From Fistulifera solaris (lineage: Eukaryota), in assembly GCA_030295235.1 (NCBI GenBank), contig AP026137.1, positions 1,054,001-1,118,000 of the forward strand: a stretch of DNA of 64,000 bases, read 5' to 3'. Shown here in pieces: positions 1-13,328 of this stretch (positions are counted from its first letter, which is position 1; the number at the start of each line of letters is the position of its first letter). Under the pieces are notes generated by a model that ran no database searches, had not been told where the DNA came from, and worked only from the letters and a program-made list of their open reading frames with translations. Made by a program: the position numbers and the translations under genes.

Positions 1-878
1 TCGACCCACTGATTAAGGAATTGGTGTCCGGTTCATTAGGCAAATCGATCTCATTAGAAGATGGTGTGGCAGCTGCTGCAGTACAGACGGCAACTTTAGA
101 AGCTTTAGCGGCTGTTTTGAAAATGGGCGGCGACAAAGCCAAGCTTCCAGCAAGTATACCGTCGGCGCTAGAGGCGGCTAAGGAGTTGGTCCTCAATGCT
201 TCTGACGAAGGTATTCGTAATAGTGCATCAAAGGTGATTGGAGAATCTTGCAAATTGCTGGGTGTAGAAGTCACCTTGGAAGTCATGAAAGATGAAATTC
301 TCCCTTCATGTACCAAGGATGCGGAGATGCGCCATGGCGCAGCATGCGCTATACGCCGCATCATGTCATCTGGTATAGGCCCCGACTTGTCACCCATTTC
401 TCATGAGTTGCTGCGCACCACAACCAAAATGCTCGATGATCCAGTTGATTCTGTGCGACAAGCAGCTGTCGTTGCTTTGTTGGCAACTATCGGAGGCTCG
501 GACAACAAAAAATCGAATTTTAAGTCAAGTGAAACGGCGCTTTTGAAGATTATGAATAATTCGCGGGAAACGTTGGATATGCTCATTGCCGTCGGTCGCG
601 GATTTTGTGTTGCCCTCATGCTTATAGATCCTTCTGATCGAATAGACACCATGGGTCTTCCCCTGATCGACGCATGTGTGAAAATGGCTATGAGTGGTGC
701 ACAAAAGGTCCAATTTGCCTTCAATGACGTTTTATGGCTTGTTCTTGATGTTGACGGCGGACAGAGCGGCTTGGATAAATATTCCAGAATGACAGAGTTT
801 GAGAATGTTCGTGCCGTGAAAAGCCTCGAGTCAAACGTCTTGAGTCGCATCAAGGAAGTCTCGGTATCGAAAGACTAA
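1..878 (+). CDS. GCN1: 3' end of GCN1-like HEAT-repeat translational activator (partial, starts upstream of window)
   Basis: Frame is open from the window edge (DPLIKELV...). Helical HEAT-like repeats resemble the GCN1 C-terminus. Confidence 0.7.
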   Translation, partial: DPLIKELVSGSLGKSISLEDGVAAAAVQTATLEALAAVLKMGGDKAKLPASIPSALEAAKELVLNASDEGIRNSASKVIGESCKLLGVEVTLEVMKDEILPSCTKDAEMRHGAACAIRRIMSSGIGPDLSPISHELLRTTTKMLDDPVDSVRQAAVVALLATIGGSDNKKSNFKSSETALLKIMNNSRETLDMLIAVGRGFCVALMLIDPSDRIDTMGLPLIDACVKMAMSGAQKVQFAFNDVLWLVLDVDGGQSGLDKYSRMTEFENVRAVKSLESNVLSRIKEVSVSKD

Positions 879-1098
879 ATAGGTTCATGCACTCAAACGT
901 TACTTAAAGCTTCTTCTGAAGTATCATTTACTCTAAAATCTATAGCTGGCAATGGAATGTTCGAATCGTAGCAGATCAAGCGACACGGCTGTCTCTGGCA
1001 AATGCGCATTCACATATCTGTGCCGAAAGCACGTGCCTTGGTGTTTACTTTGCGCGGCACAGACATTGCAGGGTAGGTTCATCGATGTTGCGACTTTC

Positions 1099-2135
1099 TC
1101 ATCCCAACAAAGATAAACTCAAGATAGAGTTTTGTATTTGATACTGTGGCGTCAGCATCAATGTCAGATTGTAAAAGAAAGTTCCAGTGGGTTGCATAGT
1201 ACGCCCCGTCAATACCAGTAGTGTTTGATAGTTTCCACAGTCTTGTGAAGTCCAGCCTTGACATTCCCAAAACGGTTGCTGTAAAGCTTTCCATTGCTGA
1301 CTCCGTTCTTCGGGACTCGAGCAAAGCGCATGAGCTTGGCCCACCATCAAAGTCGACGGAGCGCGTTCCAAATAAAACGCTAACCACTGATCTATTTGTC
1401 CTTTGGTTAATGCCTGAATGAAAGTCGTTGCTACATGAGCACTGAGATTGGCAGTATTGGTTGGATCGGTTGGAAATGAATGTAAATTGGGTTGCGGCGG
1501 GGACTCGGTAGAAGTCGACGAAGTCGACGAGAGGGAAAACCTGCCCCGGAGCTCTTTCCGCCTTTAGCGCGGGGGTAGGTGAGTTGCCTTTTATCGTTTT
1601 CGAAATAAGATGCGAATCATAGGGAATAGAATCGCTGTTTCTGGGAGACGAAACTTCTGAAACGGTAAACCCGGGAGGAGGGGCCGGATGGAGACTACCG
1701 CTGCTTCGTTGGCTTATATTGGGCGTTTCCTCTGCCTCTTGCTTTGTGTCTCTATTCTCGCTGTGTATTAATTCACTATAGTTATGATTCGAATCACTCA
1801 CATCGTCGTGGGGAAGCGACCGATCACGGGAAACTCCTAAATCGTCGAGGATCGACTCATCGTGCTGCTTGCCTTTCTTTCTTCGTTCCTTCTTTTGTTG
1901 CTTAAACATTTCCCAGAGACGCTCTTTCTCGTGCTCCCCAAACCGCGGTAATTGATTGCCTGTCATAGGAAGTTGCCAGACTATCTTCTTTTTTCTTGTT
2001 GAGGCGGGGAGGAAAGTTCGTAGCATTGACTTGCAAGGTATCTACAACTTGCCCTCGACGCAGGACTTCGACTTCCCACGTCAACGTTTCGCTTTCTTCG
2101 ACTAAACGCGGTATAGAAAAACAATGAGAATCCAT
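1099..2135 (-). CDS. Hypothetical protein with a possible NTF2-like C-terminal domain; two apparent frameshifts
   Basis: Three overlapping frames join into one plausible protein: MDSHCFS..., ERLWEMFKQQKKERRKK..., and ...QWLAFYLERAPSTLMVG...YQIQNSILSL. Confidence 0.5.
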
Positions 2136-4039
2136 TTTGAAGTGATTTTGATTAAAAAGATGCAAAGAATTCAAGCAGTGAAGACTTTTGATTGCAATGA
2201 ATGAAAAAGGTAAGGAGCGTTCGCATAACAACAATAGGTTTACGGGTGTTCATTTTTATCCGCGGTTGTGATCCCTCTATTATTTGACGAAGGACGGACG
2301 ATATGACGTGGCAAAAGATCTCGTGTCTCGGGAAGCGTTTTCAGTCGTGGAAGAGAAAGACCACGCTTTTGTTATACTTCGTGAATTTATCGCTGGACTT
2401 TAGTCAATAAAATCTAAAGAGAGGTACGCAGAAATAATTTTTCTTGTAAAAATAGAAAAAGAATAAAGAAAAGTTTTTATGAACTAAAAGTTCTCATCTA
2501 GGCTAGTGTCTCTAAAGAAAGGGGGGTGATAGGGATAGGGACAGAGGAATGACTCAAATAACGCCCTAGAGAGCTCTCTAGTCTAGACCTAGAGCTAGAG
2601 TCCTAGTCTGGGGCTCGACTGGAAAGAATCAGGATTGAGGAAAGAGTGACGCTTTGATCTTTGATCCTTGGTGCGCTGGCCTACGGCTCATCCCTAACCT
2701 TTTCTGTCTCCATAGGCTTGGACGTCATCTCCACGTCAGCTTGACACCTGTCTTGCTTCAGTCTTGGGAGCGCGGGAATAAGCAAAGGTATCACACTTTG
2801 TGGGAATCTTCGTTGTTCCTAGCGAATCCTTCCGGATTCCGGATCCGCTCGTCAACTAGAATAATCATCTTTAGCTCATTATTTTCATTTCGCAATTGCA
2901 CGGCACTTGGCCCATGACTTTATACTCGTAATATTTGTATCACTATAGTCTCTACTGGTTGAACAAGTCCTCGATAAAAAGACTTCGCACTCTTGTTGCT
3001 ACTGGATGAGATGTAGAAGAGACAAAAAACTTTTTAATTCTTTGCTTTGTAGGTAACTACTAGTCTATAGTAGACTATAGACTATAGAATAACAGCTACG
3101 AGCAACGAGCATTTGGCAACTCTAGAGCTCTACTACTAGAGAGTTTAGAGAGAGCGGAGAGAGACAGAGAGACAAGAGACTCTTGTTCGTTGCCTGCAGT
3201 ATTGCCTAAGGCCTAAGGCCTACGTTTTCGTCTTCGTCTTCGTCTTCGTCTTCGGCCTTCCCACTTCCCACGCTCCCATCACCCCATCACCCCATCACGC
3301 CTCGTCGACCTCGGAAGTCGAGATTCGACATTCGACTCATTCGAGACGAACGGCAATGGCCACCAGCCACAGCCACAGCCACCAGGCCACCAGGCCACCA
3401 TCGACCATCGACCATCGAACGATCGAACGTCGAATGTCGAGCCATCAAGCAATATCCAATACGGAGTACCTGGTAGTAAATAATGGCCTTTATACACTTC
3501 TTAATCACTATAAGCTATGAGTTAGGGATTAGGGAGTGAGGAGTGAGTCCATGTTCAAGCTCACTTGGCAAAAACCGAGCACGGCATGTGAACGGTCAAG
3601 AACAATATTTCTTGTGATCTACGATGTTCTTGAAAATTCTTCGTTTTTGTTCTTATCTACTTTATGGAAGACACAGATTTGAACACACTAAACAGATCTT
3701 TAAGGGAAAGTCTAAAGTGTGTGTCAACTACTATAGAGGCTCCAACCTCCAACGGGTTTGAAGTTCGAAGTCCGGAGTGACTATTGCCTGTTGCACTTGA
3801 CGCTTACGTAGTATCTTCAAGGTGTTCTTCACTCACGGCTGCTAAAGTTTACCCACGTGAAAAAAATCGACGTCGTCCTGCAGGCCATGTTTCACCCATT
3901 CGCTGGTATAATTTGGTTCCGAAAACGTTCGACTACGCAAGGTGACAGCAAGCTGCAAGAGCTCATCAAACAATATTTACTTACTATTTGCAGAATAAAT
4001 CTTTTGTCTCGTCAGCGTCTCTATAAGCCTCAACCAGCC

Positions 4040-5239
4040 ATGAGAAGAAATACTTTTACATCAGAAAGCAATCGGCCAGAAAGCAAACGCGCAAAGGTCG
4101 AACAAAGCCAACCGCCAAGCAGACAGTCAGATCAGAATACTGCGCTGGTTGAAAGTCTTAGGAGACAAAATGCTGCTTTTACTCGTATTGCAGGCCTTGC
4201 TTTAATAAACTCGTCCCCTATCAACACTCAAGTCACTCACTTGCCAGCTAGCGTACGGCATAACATGGGCTTTGATTTGCTTCAGCACACAGGTCAGCAA
4301 GTGCCCATCGATCAAACTAGAAGTAATTCGCTTGGTTCACAAGACGACCTGTTACGAATTTTTCTGCTTGAACAACAGCTTCGGTCGTCGTCTTCTGGTT
4401 ATACTAGTAACTTACCGAGGACATCTTTAGTCCATGCGACAGGCTTGATCGACCCTTCAAGTTCATACAATCGTGCCCGGCTGAACTGTATAGAATCATC
4501 TAGGAACCTTTCAGCTACTAGTGCTCAGCACTTAGTGGACCGTTTGCTTGCACTTCCAGTGCAAATGAACATCGAAAGACTGAACGGATCCTTACTTGGT
4601 ACGGAACTATCCCATCTCAATGGCTTGCAGCGACTTCCTTTTTCGACGTCTCCTGCTGTACAGTTGAACGATCGTATACAATCTCATCTCCTCGCTACAC
4701 TAAACTCAGACATAAGTGTGCCAGTAGCTAGAACGCCAATGATCTCTCCGAAAGGCTTCATAGGTCACAGCAAAGAAGGCGACCGTCTCTTTATTCTGGC
4801 CATGGACGCAGAACACTTGGTAATGTCAGAATATCAATCTCTACTTCGGCAACAGATTGTCTTTGTTGAATCCACAGCTTCTGCTAGCAATAACAACGGT
4901 ATAACTCAGGGGCGAAATAAACCCATCATAAATGGCCAAGTGGGGATACTCTGTCGACACTGCGCTAGTCTGCCGCCCGAAGAGCGCCCTCGTGGTGCTA
5001 TCTACTACCCTGCCAAACTAAATCGAATTTACCAAGCCGCCCAAAATATGGCACACAACCATTTCGCGTCGAGCTGTCTTCGCATTCCCGAGGAGACTAG
5101 GCAAAAACTATTGTCCCTGAAAGAAAAGAAGATGGTGACAGTCGGCGCAGGGAAAGAGTATTGGTATACGGCTGCAATGAATGTCGGTATTCGCGAAGGG
5201 GAAGATAGTCTATACTTTTGCAAAGAAGCACTAAATTAG
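4040..5239 (+). CDS. Diatom-expanded hypothetical protein with a conserved Cys/His C-terminal domain
   Basis: Low-complexity N-terminus followed by RNKPI..GQVGILCRHC...YYP.....IYQAAQNM...H....C...GKEYW, a motif common in diatom proteins. ATG at 4040. Confidence 0.75.
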   Translation: MRRNTFTSESNRPESKRAKVEQSQPPSRQSDQNTALVESLRRQNAAFTRIAGLALINSSPINTQVTHLPASVRHNMGFDLLQHTGQQVPIDQTRSNSLGSQDDLLRIFLLEQQLRSSSSGYTSNLPRTSLVHATGLIDPSSSYNRARLNCIESSRNLSATSAQHLVDRLLALPVQMNIERLNGSLLGTELSHLNGLQRLPFSTSPAVQLNDRIQSHLLATLNSDISVPVARTPMISPKGFIGHSKEGDRLFILAMDAEHLVMSEYQSLLRQQIVFVESTASASNNNGITQGRNKPIINGQVGILCRHCASLPPEERPRGAIYYPAKLNRIYQAAQNMAHNHFASSCLRIPEETRQKLLSLKEKKMVTVGAGKEYWYTAAMNVGIREGEDSLYFCKEALN

Positions 5240-6071
5240 ACTGATTAGACATTTCGAACGACTGTTCACTAGATTTGAAAGGCAGAAACGTTTTCAAATT
5301 TGGTGAAAGTTAACGAATACTCAAGAATTCATTTCCTTCTTTAAAGAGTTCTGCCACTTTGCGTTGAAAGTATTTAGTTTGACACCTTCTCTCTCATAGA
5401 GCTTAGATAATAGCTGAAGAGCTGTTTTTGCCTTTTGCCTTTCGCCTTAGCCGTTTCCCAACCTAACTTTGAACTTAATCAGGTCATAGTCATCGATTAT
5501 CTTGGTTTCGATTTTGAACACGAGTCTACTGTGAACTGTATTGTCGAAATACAACGAAAACAGAAATCGGAAAGCAGACTCTCTATAATTCCGACATCTC
5601 ATGCGTCATGTTGGACAAGTCACGAATAACGTTATGTTTTACATTCTATACAAAGTAGTCGCTCGGTTTAGTAAGCTAGAATCACAAATGCGAACCGTCA
5701 ACGATTTTGAGCCAATCACATTACTTCGTTGTAACTGGCGCAAGAAGCGACAATGAACACTGAACACCTCCCGAAAATAATTACGTATTCCGAAACACGA
5801 AAGTGAGACTCATTTTGTGACAAAGGTGTGACAAATGAGAACGCTTCCGATGCCAAGAAACCGATAAAAATGAAAAACAGCATCGACCAAACGTAAAACG
5901 TATGTGTTACAAATGAGAACATCTTCCATTCACCATGCAGCACCCGAAATCGCAAGAAAGCCCGTGCAAGTTCGTGATGGCCATTCTATTATTCATTTTG
6001 GTAGAGCAACCTATACGCTACATTCTTGATCCTGGAGGTACGAAAGAAAAGCTAATTAAAAGAAAGTAACA

Positions 6072-6675
6072 ATGAAGAGAGTAGCCAGCTGCAATTCAAG
6101 CGACTCTGATGGTACTTGCTACAAACGAATGAAAATAAGTAATGCAAAGGACAAGAAACCTGCCTTGGATTTACGAGCTCCCGAAACTACTCCAAACGGC
6201 CAGCTCTTGCTTAACCCCAATTTAACCATGGACGAGGCTACTCTCTTTGCTAAGAGAGAATACAACCGTCGGAATGCGGCTCGAGCCCGATACAGAACCA
6301 AGGGCCTCCAAGATACTCTTCAACAGAAAGTCTATCGACTAGCACAGGACACCGAAAAGCTCCAAAAGGAGAGAAAAGAACTTGAGAAATTGATTTCCGA
6401 TTTACAGACACAGAACCGTCAGCTAATAGAAGACAGGACGACCTACGACAATCGAAACTCATTCTCTTTTTTTAGCCGACGCTGCTGTGCCTAATCACTT
6501 GCTGTGGACAGCACCGAATACCTCTCAGGATCACCGGGAATCTCCTTTCTTGCACAAACTGCAAGACATTAGCTCGATAAATAATAGGGAACAGGCGTTG
6601 GCTGTTGATCCCCTCCGAACAGCTATAATGATTCTCGAATCAATGTCACCCAGACTCCATCTCGGTTCCTTATGA
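6072..6675 (+). CDS. bZIP transcription factor (frameshift in T run near 6467-6473)
   Basis: Basic region KREYNRRNAARARYRTK plus a leucine heptad. Removing one T joins it to the 6487..6675 frame. Confidence 0.8.
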
Positions 6676-6791
6676 ATAAAGTGAAAAGCCAAAGTCGACA
6701 TTTGTACATTTATAGAATTAACCAGCTCGCAGCTGCTCGCTTCGTGCTTTACATAAAAAACATTCTTTTTATTAAATTTGCTATTACATTG

Positions 6792-9700
6792 CTATTCAAG
6801 CACCGAGTCGTCACGAAACTTTCCATTCTTCGCGAGAAGATTGCGGCAAGCTTGGATATCGTTTTGGATTCTACGCTCGAGCGAATCTGCGTTATTAGTC
6901 TCATCGACAGCTGAGAGGTTCTGTTGAGCCATTTTAAGAATGTCGAGCTGGGATTTAAGATCATTTTGTTGATGATAGACGCGGCTCATCTTGTACAAAA
7001 GAACAGTCTTCGATCGCGCTGACTGGCTAGCACTAGAGAGCTCGCTAGAATGGAGCTGATCAAATAAGACGCTGTAGATACGCAAGGCATCTTGAGTATT
7101 GCCGCTGTTGGTGTATGAGTCCGCAAGATTGTCAAGCGTCGACAATAACGTAGCATTCGATTTTTCTAAAACACGTTCCTGAAGGTCGACCGCTTCTTGC
7201 AACACAAGGCATGCTTTTGCGTGCATATCACGATAACGATATAAATAGCCAAGATTGCAAAGTGTGGTCGCCATACCAAGTATGAGAGAGCCGCTGTCAG
7301 GTTCATGGCACAAAGCATTTCTCTGGACGTCGAGCGCAGCTTCAAATGCCCGGCGCGCTTCCTGGTATTCGTTGAACTCTACATGTACGCAACCTATATT
7401 GTTATGAATCCGAGCTGTTGAAGGATGAAGAGTACCAAGAGCCCTTTGCGTATATAGAGGGCCTCCCGAAAAATCCAAAGAGCCTGATCGAAACGATGCA
7501 TGAGCAGGAGACAAATCCCAACCTTAACCATTGAAACCTAGCTCATATCGACAAGCTATTCTGTGAGTCACCGAACAAGATTTCATAGAGAAATCGCAGT
7601 CAGATACTTACGGCTACCAAAGGGTGTTCATCGCCGAGGGATCCTTTCCTAATTCTGGCCGCCTCTTCAAATGTTGCCAAGGCATCGGCGTGGCTACCGG
7701 CTCGAAGCTGGGATATACCAACATTATGAAGCGCCGACGCCACATCCGGATGGAGTGGGCCGTGCTTATCTCGCTGACACTGCACCACTACCTCGAAGAG
7801 ATTCCAAGCATCTAGGGCCAAGTTGTTCTGACGTAAATGTGAGAATGAACCATGTTACGCAAAGCTTGTGCTCAACTCCGATCTCACCTTTAAAAGCATT
7901 GCCGCTTCAGCATGAATGGCTGCTAGATTGCTGGTAGGGTTCGCAAGGATGTTGTCTAATGATATTTCCCCTCGTTCATCGAAGGGCGATGGCCAGTATC
8001 CACCGAGGGGGGCCACGCCGTCGTCCATAATCTCGTCGTCCAGTGTTTCCTGCCTCCGATGATCGCGTGATACCTGGTCAACGTCAGTGTGTCGTCGAAT
8101 GGTATGCTGCGATGAAGAGTTATTGGTTGTTTTGCCATCGTCAATGCGTTTGTCTTGAAAGCTTTCGCTGAGCTGATGGGCCGCGAGAAGATCTCGTGCC
8201 CTTTTCATGACATCGTTACGACCAGAATTTCCAGTAGAAGCAACATCAATCCCGTTATCAAGTGAGTTGCGCGACGTGATTCGGTCAACGTCTTTCCCGT
8301 GCCGATACGGCCTTGTCGCAACGATAGCTGGTCGATACGCTCCGATTTCCAAATGTTCGAGAGTCATGCCTGCCTGGTTTGGATAATGAATTTTTCCATG
8401 GCGATTGTACCCGTCGCTGTCTCGCAGCATGAAGCTTTCCTCATCGTCGTACCCAAACCTTTGCTGCTCGGCAGTCTCATAACTTTTGTCTGTGTACACG
8501 TGCTCACGTTCCGAGAAAGGCCCACCCATGGCGTCATTGCTCTCGTCGTGTAACCGATCTTTAATCGGTGACGTTTCGGGAACGAAAAATGGTTCGATTC
8601 GAATGCGTGCGTTAGTGTTAATCTCTCTTGATGATCGTTCAGTGATGGCTCTGTATTTGGACCCATTGTTGTCCACCCTCGACCGATAATTTCCTAGTTG
8701 CTGCCTCCTATGGTTCTCCGGAGGTTGATCGTCATCATTATTGTGCGAGCCGTTTTGTATTGCGTTCCCTGATCGTTCACCCTGGTTACTAGTCCGTCTC
8801 AATCCATCCGTGTATGAATCCGAGTAGCGCTTGTTTATCAAGTTCGTGCTGAGGGCCATTTTGAATGATCATCGGTGATAGACCGCCTTTCACGCCCGTT
8901 GGGACCTTTGATTGCCGATGAAGGACTCGGAGTGGAAACCGAGCGAGCCATGTCAATAAGTGATTGGATCTGTACTACAGTAGGGTCGTTTGGTCCAAGA
9001 ACTTCTGACCGAATCTAAATCAAAAGCGGGGATGTTAGAAAGCCGCACTCAAATCTATGGCAGACAAGAAAACGTACATTCCAGGCTTCCTGAAAAACTG
9101 AGACTGCGTCCTTGGCTCGACCGACATGAGGTCCTTCCCTACGGATCCATTCTAAACATAGACCCCCGATATTGAATAGTGTTTCCGCTAATTCAAGTCG
9201 ATGAATCCAAGCGTTTTTGTATTCTCTAGGACCATGTGCCGCTGAATCTCCAACGCCTGTTCCAATTGTTGCTTTCCCGCTTCAAAATCTTGCAAATGCA
9301 TATGACAAACACCGAGATTATTGTACAGATTGGCCACTAGACCGTGTTTAGGACCGTAACAGACCAGTCGAATGCGTAGCGCTTCTTGAAAAGTCACCGT
9401 CGCATTTGTGTATTGTCTACTTTGCAACAACAAAAACCCGATACGAACCAAGGAAACGGCGACATTGGGATGATTCTTTCCCAAAGAGTCACGTGCTACA
9501 CGCGCCGCGGCTTGGAAACATTCTAAAGCCTGGGAGCGGCAGTGCTTTTGGGACCGGGAATCTTCTTTGAGCAGCGCTGCTCGCTTGGTGTGAACTGTAC
9601 CCAGATTATGATACGCACTCGCCACCGTCGGGTGAACATCACCATGTGCACGCTGTTGTATTTGAAGCACTTGCGTGAATGCAACTAGAGCTTGATCATA

Positions 9701-10840
9701 GTCTCCACTTTGAACATGCTCCATGGCGAGAGCATTGATTGTATCAAGATCATCTCTCGAGTCTTCCTTCTCGGAGAAATTGGTTGAGCCCTTTCTTTGC
9801 GCGGAATCACGCGCATGACCGACAGCGGCGGCCGCAGCAGCCGCTTGTTGCGCCGCGCGACTCAGACCCGGCGATTCCGGTGACACGACAGCGGGTTTGG
9901 ATGGCAAGGATGATGCATTCAAAGGAGCATGCCAGTGACGAGCTGGCGTGTTTGTTTGTGGGGGAGTGGGAATGAGATCTGGCATCATGCGTAAAATGTC
10001 GTCGTCTGACGCAGTCGACTCCACATCTGAGAAGCGCACAGGTTTTCTGTGAGTAGTGGGAACACGCGGCGCTTTGGAGTCTGTTGACTGCACGGCATAT
10101 CTAGCTTTCGGCGAGACTTGTATCGATTTCCGTGCCCGCCCATATTTTGCTGTAGCCCAATCAATACTGCTCCGCGAGGGTGTTGAAATTTCATCTGATG
10201 AGTCATTCCTCTGTCGCACTATTGAAGGATAGCCATAAACGTGTGATGATCGTGTAGGAGGTTCAAAAGAAGTTCGTATAGGGGGTGCACCTGGCGCTTG
10301 AAAGTGTGTCTTTGCATTTTTGGAGACGACGGCTTCTTGTCCACGCACACCATCTGGTTCTACTTCTCCGTCATAAATCCCAGGCCTCAGTCTTCTGTGC
10401 GGATTTTTGGGAGATCGATTGGTTGGTACGGGTGGCATCAAAAGGGATTCGACAGAATTTTGTATGGGTTGTTGCTGCAGTTGGGGAGAATCGGAAGAGA
10501 CATTCGGCAGATCCATAGTGGAAGTCGGAGAGTGATCGTGCAAGTATTGAGGATAGTGATTCCTTTTCGTTTGCTGCCATGCTAGAAGAGGCGCTTGATC
10601 ACTGAGTAATGACTGCGAATCGTCCGATTGATCCGAGCTACTGACACTACGCCGACCAGAGGTGTTTTTTCTCCGCCTTGTTGATTGCGAACTACTACTG
10701 AAGGATACAGAAGGCTTCTTTGGAAGCCGCAACACAAGACAAGATCGCCCTTCAGTGTCCTCCCGAATACTCGTGGGCGTCAAAGCAGCGGCAACAGAGC
10801 TTTCCCGCCGAGACGACTTTTGTTGCATTCTCTCGACCAT
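6792..10840 (-). CDS. Large TPR protein (kinesin light chain/nephrocystin-3-like repeats), multi-exon, with homopolymer frameshifts
   Basis: Repeated HP.VA..xHNxG and F.EAL.IR TPR motifs across four ORFs. GT-AG introns near 9020-9075, 7830-7890 and 7540-7610. Missing A in A-runs near 9213, 8860 and 7445. Confidence 0.8.
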
Positions 10841-11568
10841 ACTGTTGGTTGTGTAGCTAATAAACGACAAGCTAAGTTTCCCCAGAGGCCTCCCTTGCTC
10901 TTTTGCCTTTGCTCTCTTTTTTAGTGAATCAAAGAAGAGGAAAGGGGCACAAGAATATCAACAGCACTCTAAGAAGTGTCGATGTTCACTGTTAAATGCC
11001 TTCCGACTACCGTAAGCTATTTGTCGTTGAGTGCCTTTTGTTGCTTTTCGTTGGGTTTTGGTGTTGGCTGCGCAAACAGTACCGCAGAACGTGACAACTT
11101 CTCATTCTATACCAGATTTCCTATAGTCCATGTCACGATGAGTTTCTGATGTATGACCCCCAAGAAGCATTTACAGTTTGAAGCCAGGTCACTTAGACGC
11201 CAGAAACCGTTGAGAAATAGCATGACAAGTACACAGACGTTTGGATTCAATACCGGTTCGATTCCGGAAGCGTTTCGAAAACCGACAACGAAAGTTCCCC
11301 GAAAAGTAAGGGGCGGGAAACTCTAGAGAGACTCCTCTAGGTCTAAGGAGCTGAAAAATAACGCTCCAAGAAAAGTAAAACAGAAACTCATCCTCCGGAT
11401 CAATTACACTATAGTATTGCTGCTCGTGCTCGATCATAGTTGAATAGATTTCGACGAGTTGTTCAATGTCTATAACCTCTTTATTATGGCCCAACTACTT
11501 CTACAAACTGATGCATACGTGAAAGATCGTCACTTGAGTATAAGCGGATTGCTTGATAAAGAGCGTGA

Positions 11569-12210
11569 TCACATTTCCGGATGCAGTATTGGATTTTTGG
11601 CTTCTCCATGCTCATCCGTCAAAACCAGTTCCTCCAAAAGATTATGCCAGTGATCATCTTCCAACTTCCCCACCAGGGGATATTTGTCATGCAAATGAAA
11701 GAAACTAAGCCATCGTTTCCCTTCTTTCTGTTGTTTTTCCGTTAACGTGTCTATGGGTTGATCTAGACACTCGACTGTTTTGCACCCCGTACTTAAACTA
11801 TATGTCACATCATGCCCGGCAAAGTGCCCGTACGCTCCCGAAGGACCGTAGAATTTGTGCCCCAAAGATACATCGTAGACCCGACCGTACAATGCTAAAA
11901 GAATCGGTCGTCCTTCTTGCCCGTCGCCGAATTCTTCGAGTTCATCTAATGTAAATGTCGGTAGGTCTTGAGTATTTTCTGGAGCATCACTCCCATCCAG
12001 GAGAAGTAAATCTTGCAAAGGATCATCCTTTTGTAACAGGGTTTGCAACATGAGACCTTTTGTATTCGCCATGCGACGTTTCTTCGCCTTATAACGACCC
12101 AAATCACGCACGAGACCCATGACGACGTTGTCGACTTGCCGAGGAGCTATGAGTTGAATTACTCCGATCGATGCTGCTCCTATGAGAATTGGCCAGATAA
12201 ATGGGGGCAT
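11569..12210 (-). CDS. Cytochrome b5-like heme/steroid-binding protein (MAPR/PGRMC/neudesin family)
   Basis: N-terminal TM helix; FTLDEL..FGDG...PILLALYGRVYDVS.G..FYGPSGAYGHFAGHD...KYPLVGKL. Confidence 0.9.
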   Translation of the reverse strand: MPPFIWPILIGAASIGVIQLIAPRQVDNVVMGLVRDLGRYKAKKRRMANTKGLMLQTLLQKDDPLQDLLLLDGSDAPENTQDLPTFTLDELEEFGDGQEGRPILLALYGRVYDVSLGHKFYGPSGAYGHFAGHDVTYSLSTGCKTVECLDQPIDTLTEKQQKEGKRWLSFFHLHDKYPLVGKLEDDHWHNLLEELVLTDEHGEAKNPILHPEM

Positions 12211-12542
12211 CGTTCGAAATGGTAAAGTGTATTGTCAGAGTGATATTTAATGATTAGGTAGTATAAATAGCAAGAGCGAGCGATGCAAACAAGTCAAATA
12301 AAGCTGGCATGCATGCACAAATAATAGGCGGCGACGATCTTTTACTCGCGCTTCGATCCAGACACGATTGTTTTCAGTCACGGTAAATCCAGAAAATTAC
12401 AAATACTGGAGTATCAATCAAATAATAGACCTATTGAAATTCTAGACCTAGACAACAGAGCTTTTAAACTTCAGATACATCCATAACGATACTCTAATAA
12501 CCTTCACAACAACTGTAGAACACAACACTAGAGAGAGGCATC

Positions 12543-13088
12543 TCAATCAAAAATACCAGTCCTTGGTTTGACAGCCGAGGGATTCTCCTCATCGAAACAG
12601 CCTTTCAAAAAATGTTCCCAACTTATCCATTCCCTCGTCTCGGTATAATACTCTTCTGGTCGTTTTGGAATATACGGAGTTCTCAAATTCCCATTCGCCA
12701 CCAAATCGTCGTATTCTTCAGCCGTGTCGCACCCTAAATTCGCTTGCACCCACCGTCGGGCATCTTCGTACGGCAACTTACGAGGCTTTCGTTTCAAGAA
12801 AGACTGTGTGTTGGCACTTTCCAATTTCTCTCTTGCTTTTTCAATCTGAATTGCATTGTGCCGGTCTTTGAGGTGTCTTTGCATCTGTTGATCTTCAATG
12901 TCGTCGTCATTGTTGTATACGTCCTCGGATGGGTGAGAAGAAGATGCTGACAATAAGGGGGTTGTAACCGCAGTTCGCCGAGAAGAATACGAAACGAAAA
13001 CGGTCGGATTGCATTGAAGTGCGTTGGCTGGTATCCGAATTGCACAGAGATAGAGATTGAGCGTCAACATTTGCCATTGAAAAATCAT
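12543..13088 (-). CDS. Hypothetical protein with a likely bipartite targeting presequence and a small helical C-terminal repeat domain
   Basis: Signal-like and Ser/Thr-rich N-terminus. LPYEDARRWVQ...YIPKRPEEYY....WISWEHFL resembles the integrase-repeat-unit-like motif. Confidence 0.65.
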   Translation of the reverse strand: MIFQWQMLTLNLYLCAIRIPANALQCNPTVFVSYSSRRTAVTTPLLSASSSHPSEDVYNNDDDIEDQQMQRHLKDRHNAIQIEKAREKLESANTQSFLKRKPRKLPYEDARRWVQANLGCDTAEEYDDLVANGNLRTPYIPKRPEEYYTETREWISWEHFLKGCFDEENPSAVKPRTGIFD

Positions 13089-13328
13089 CTTTTGATGTAG
13101 ATTGGGTTTCTTAGACTCGTTCTAGAATTTTCAAAAGATTGGTTGGTAATTTTAAAAAGGGGAAAGAAGTTCTCAGCTTCAACAGTTCTGATGGGCATTG
13201 GCATTTTTTCGAACAGACGAGGTGAGGAGAACTCCTCGAATGTTTCGCTTTGTGCGTCTTCTCGTCGTTGCAGAATGCAGAATTCTTAAAGACCCCGTGA
13301 TTCGAACTAGTCCCTATTCATTCAACCT

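Noticed and set aside
3521..3535. Telomeric TTAGGG repeats
   Set aside because: Only two copies, inside a stutter-rich region.
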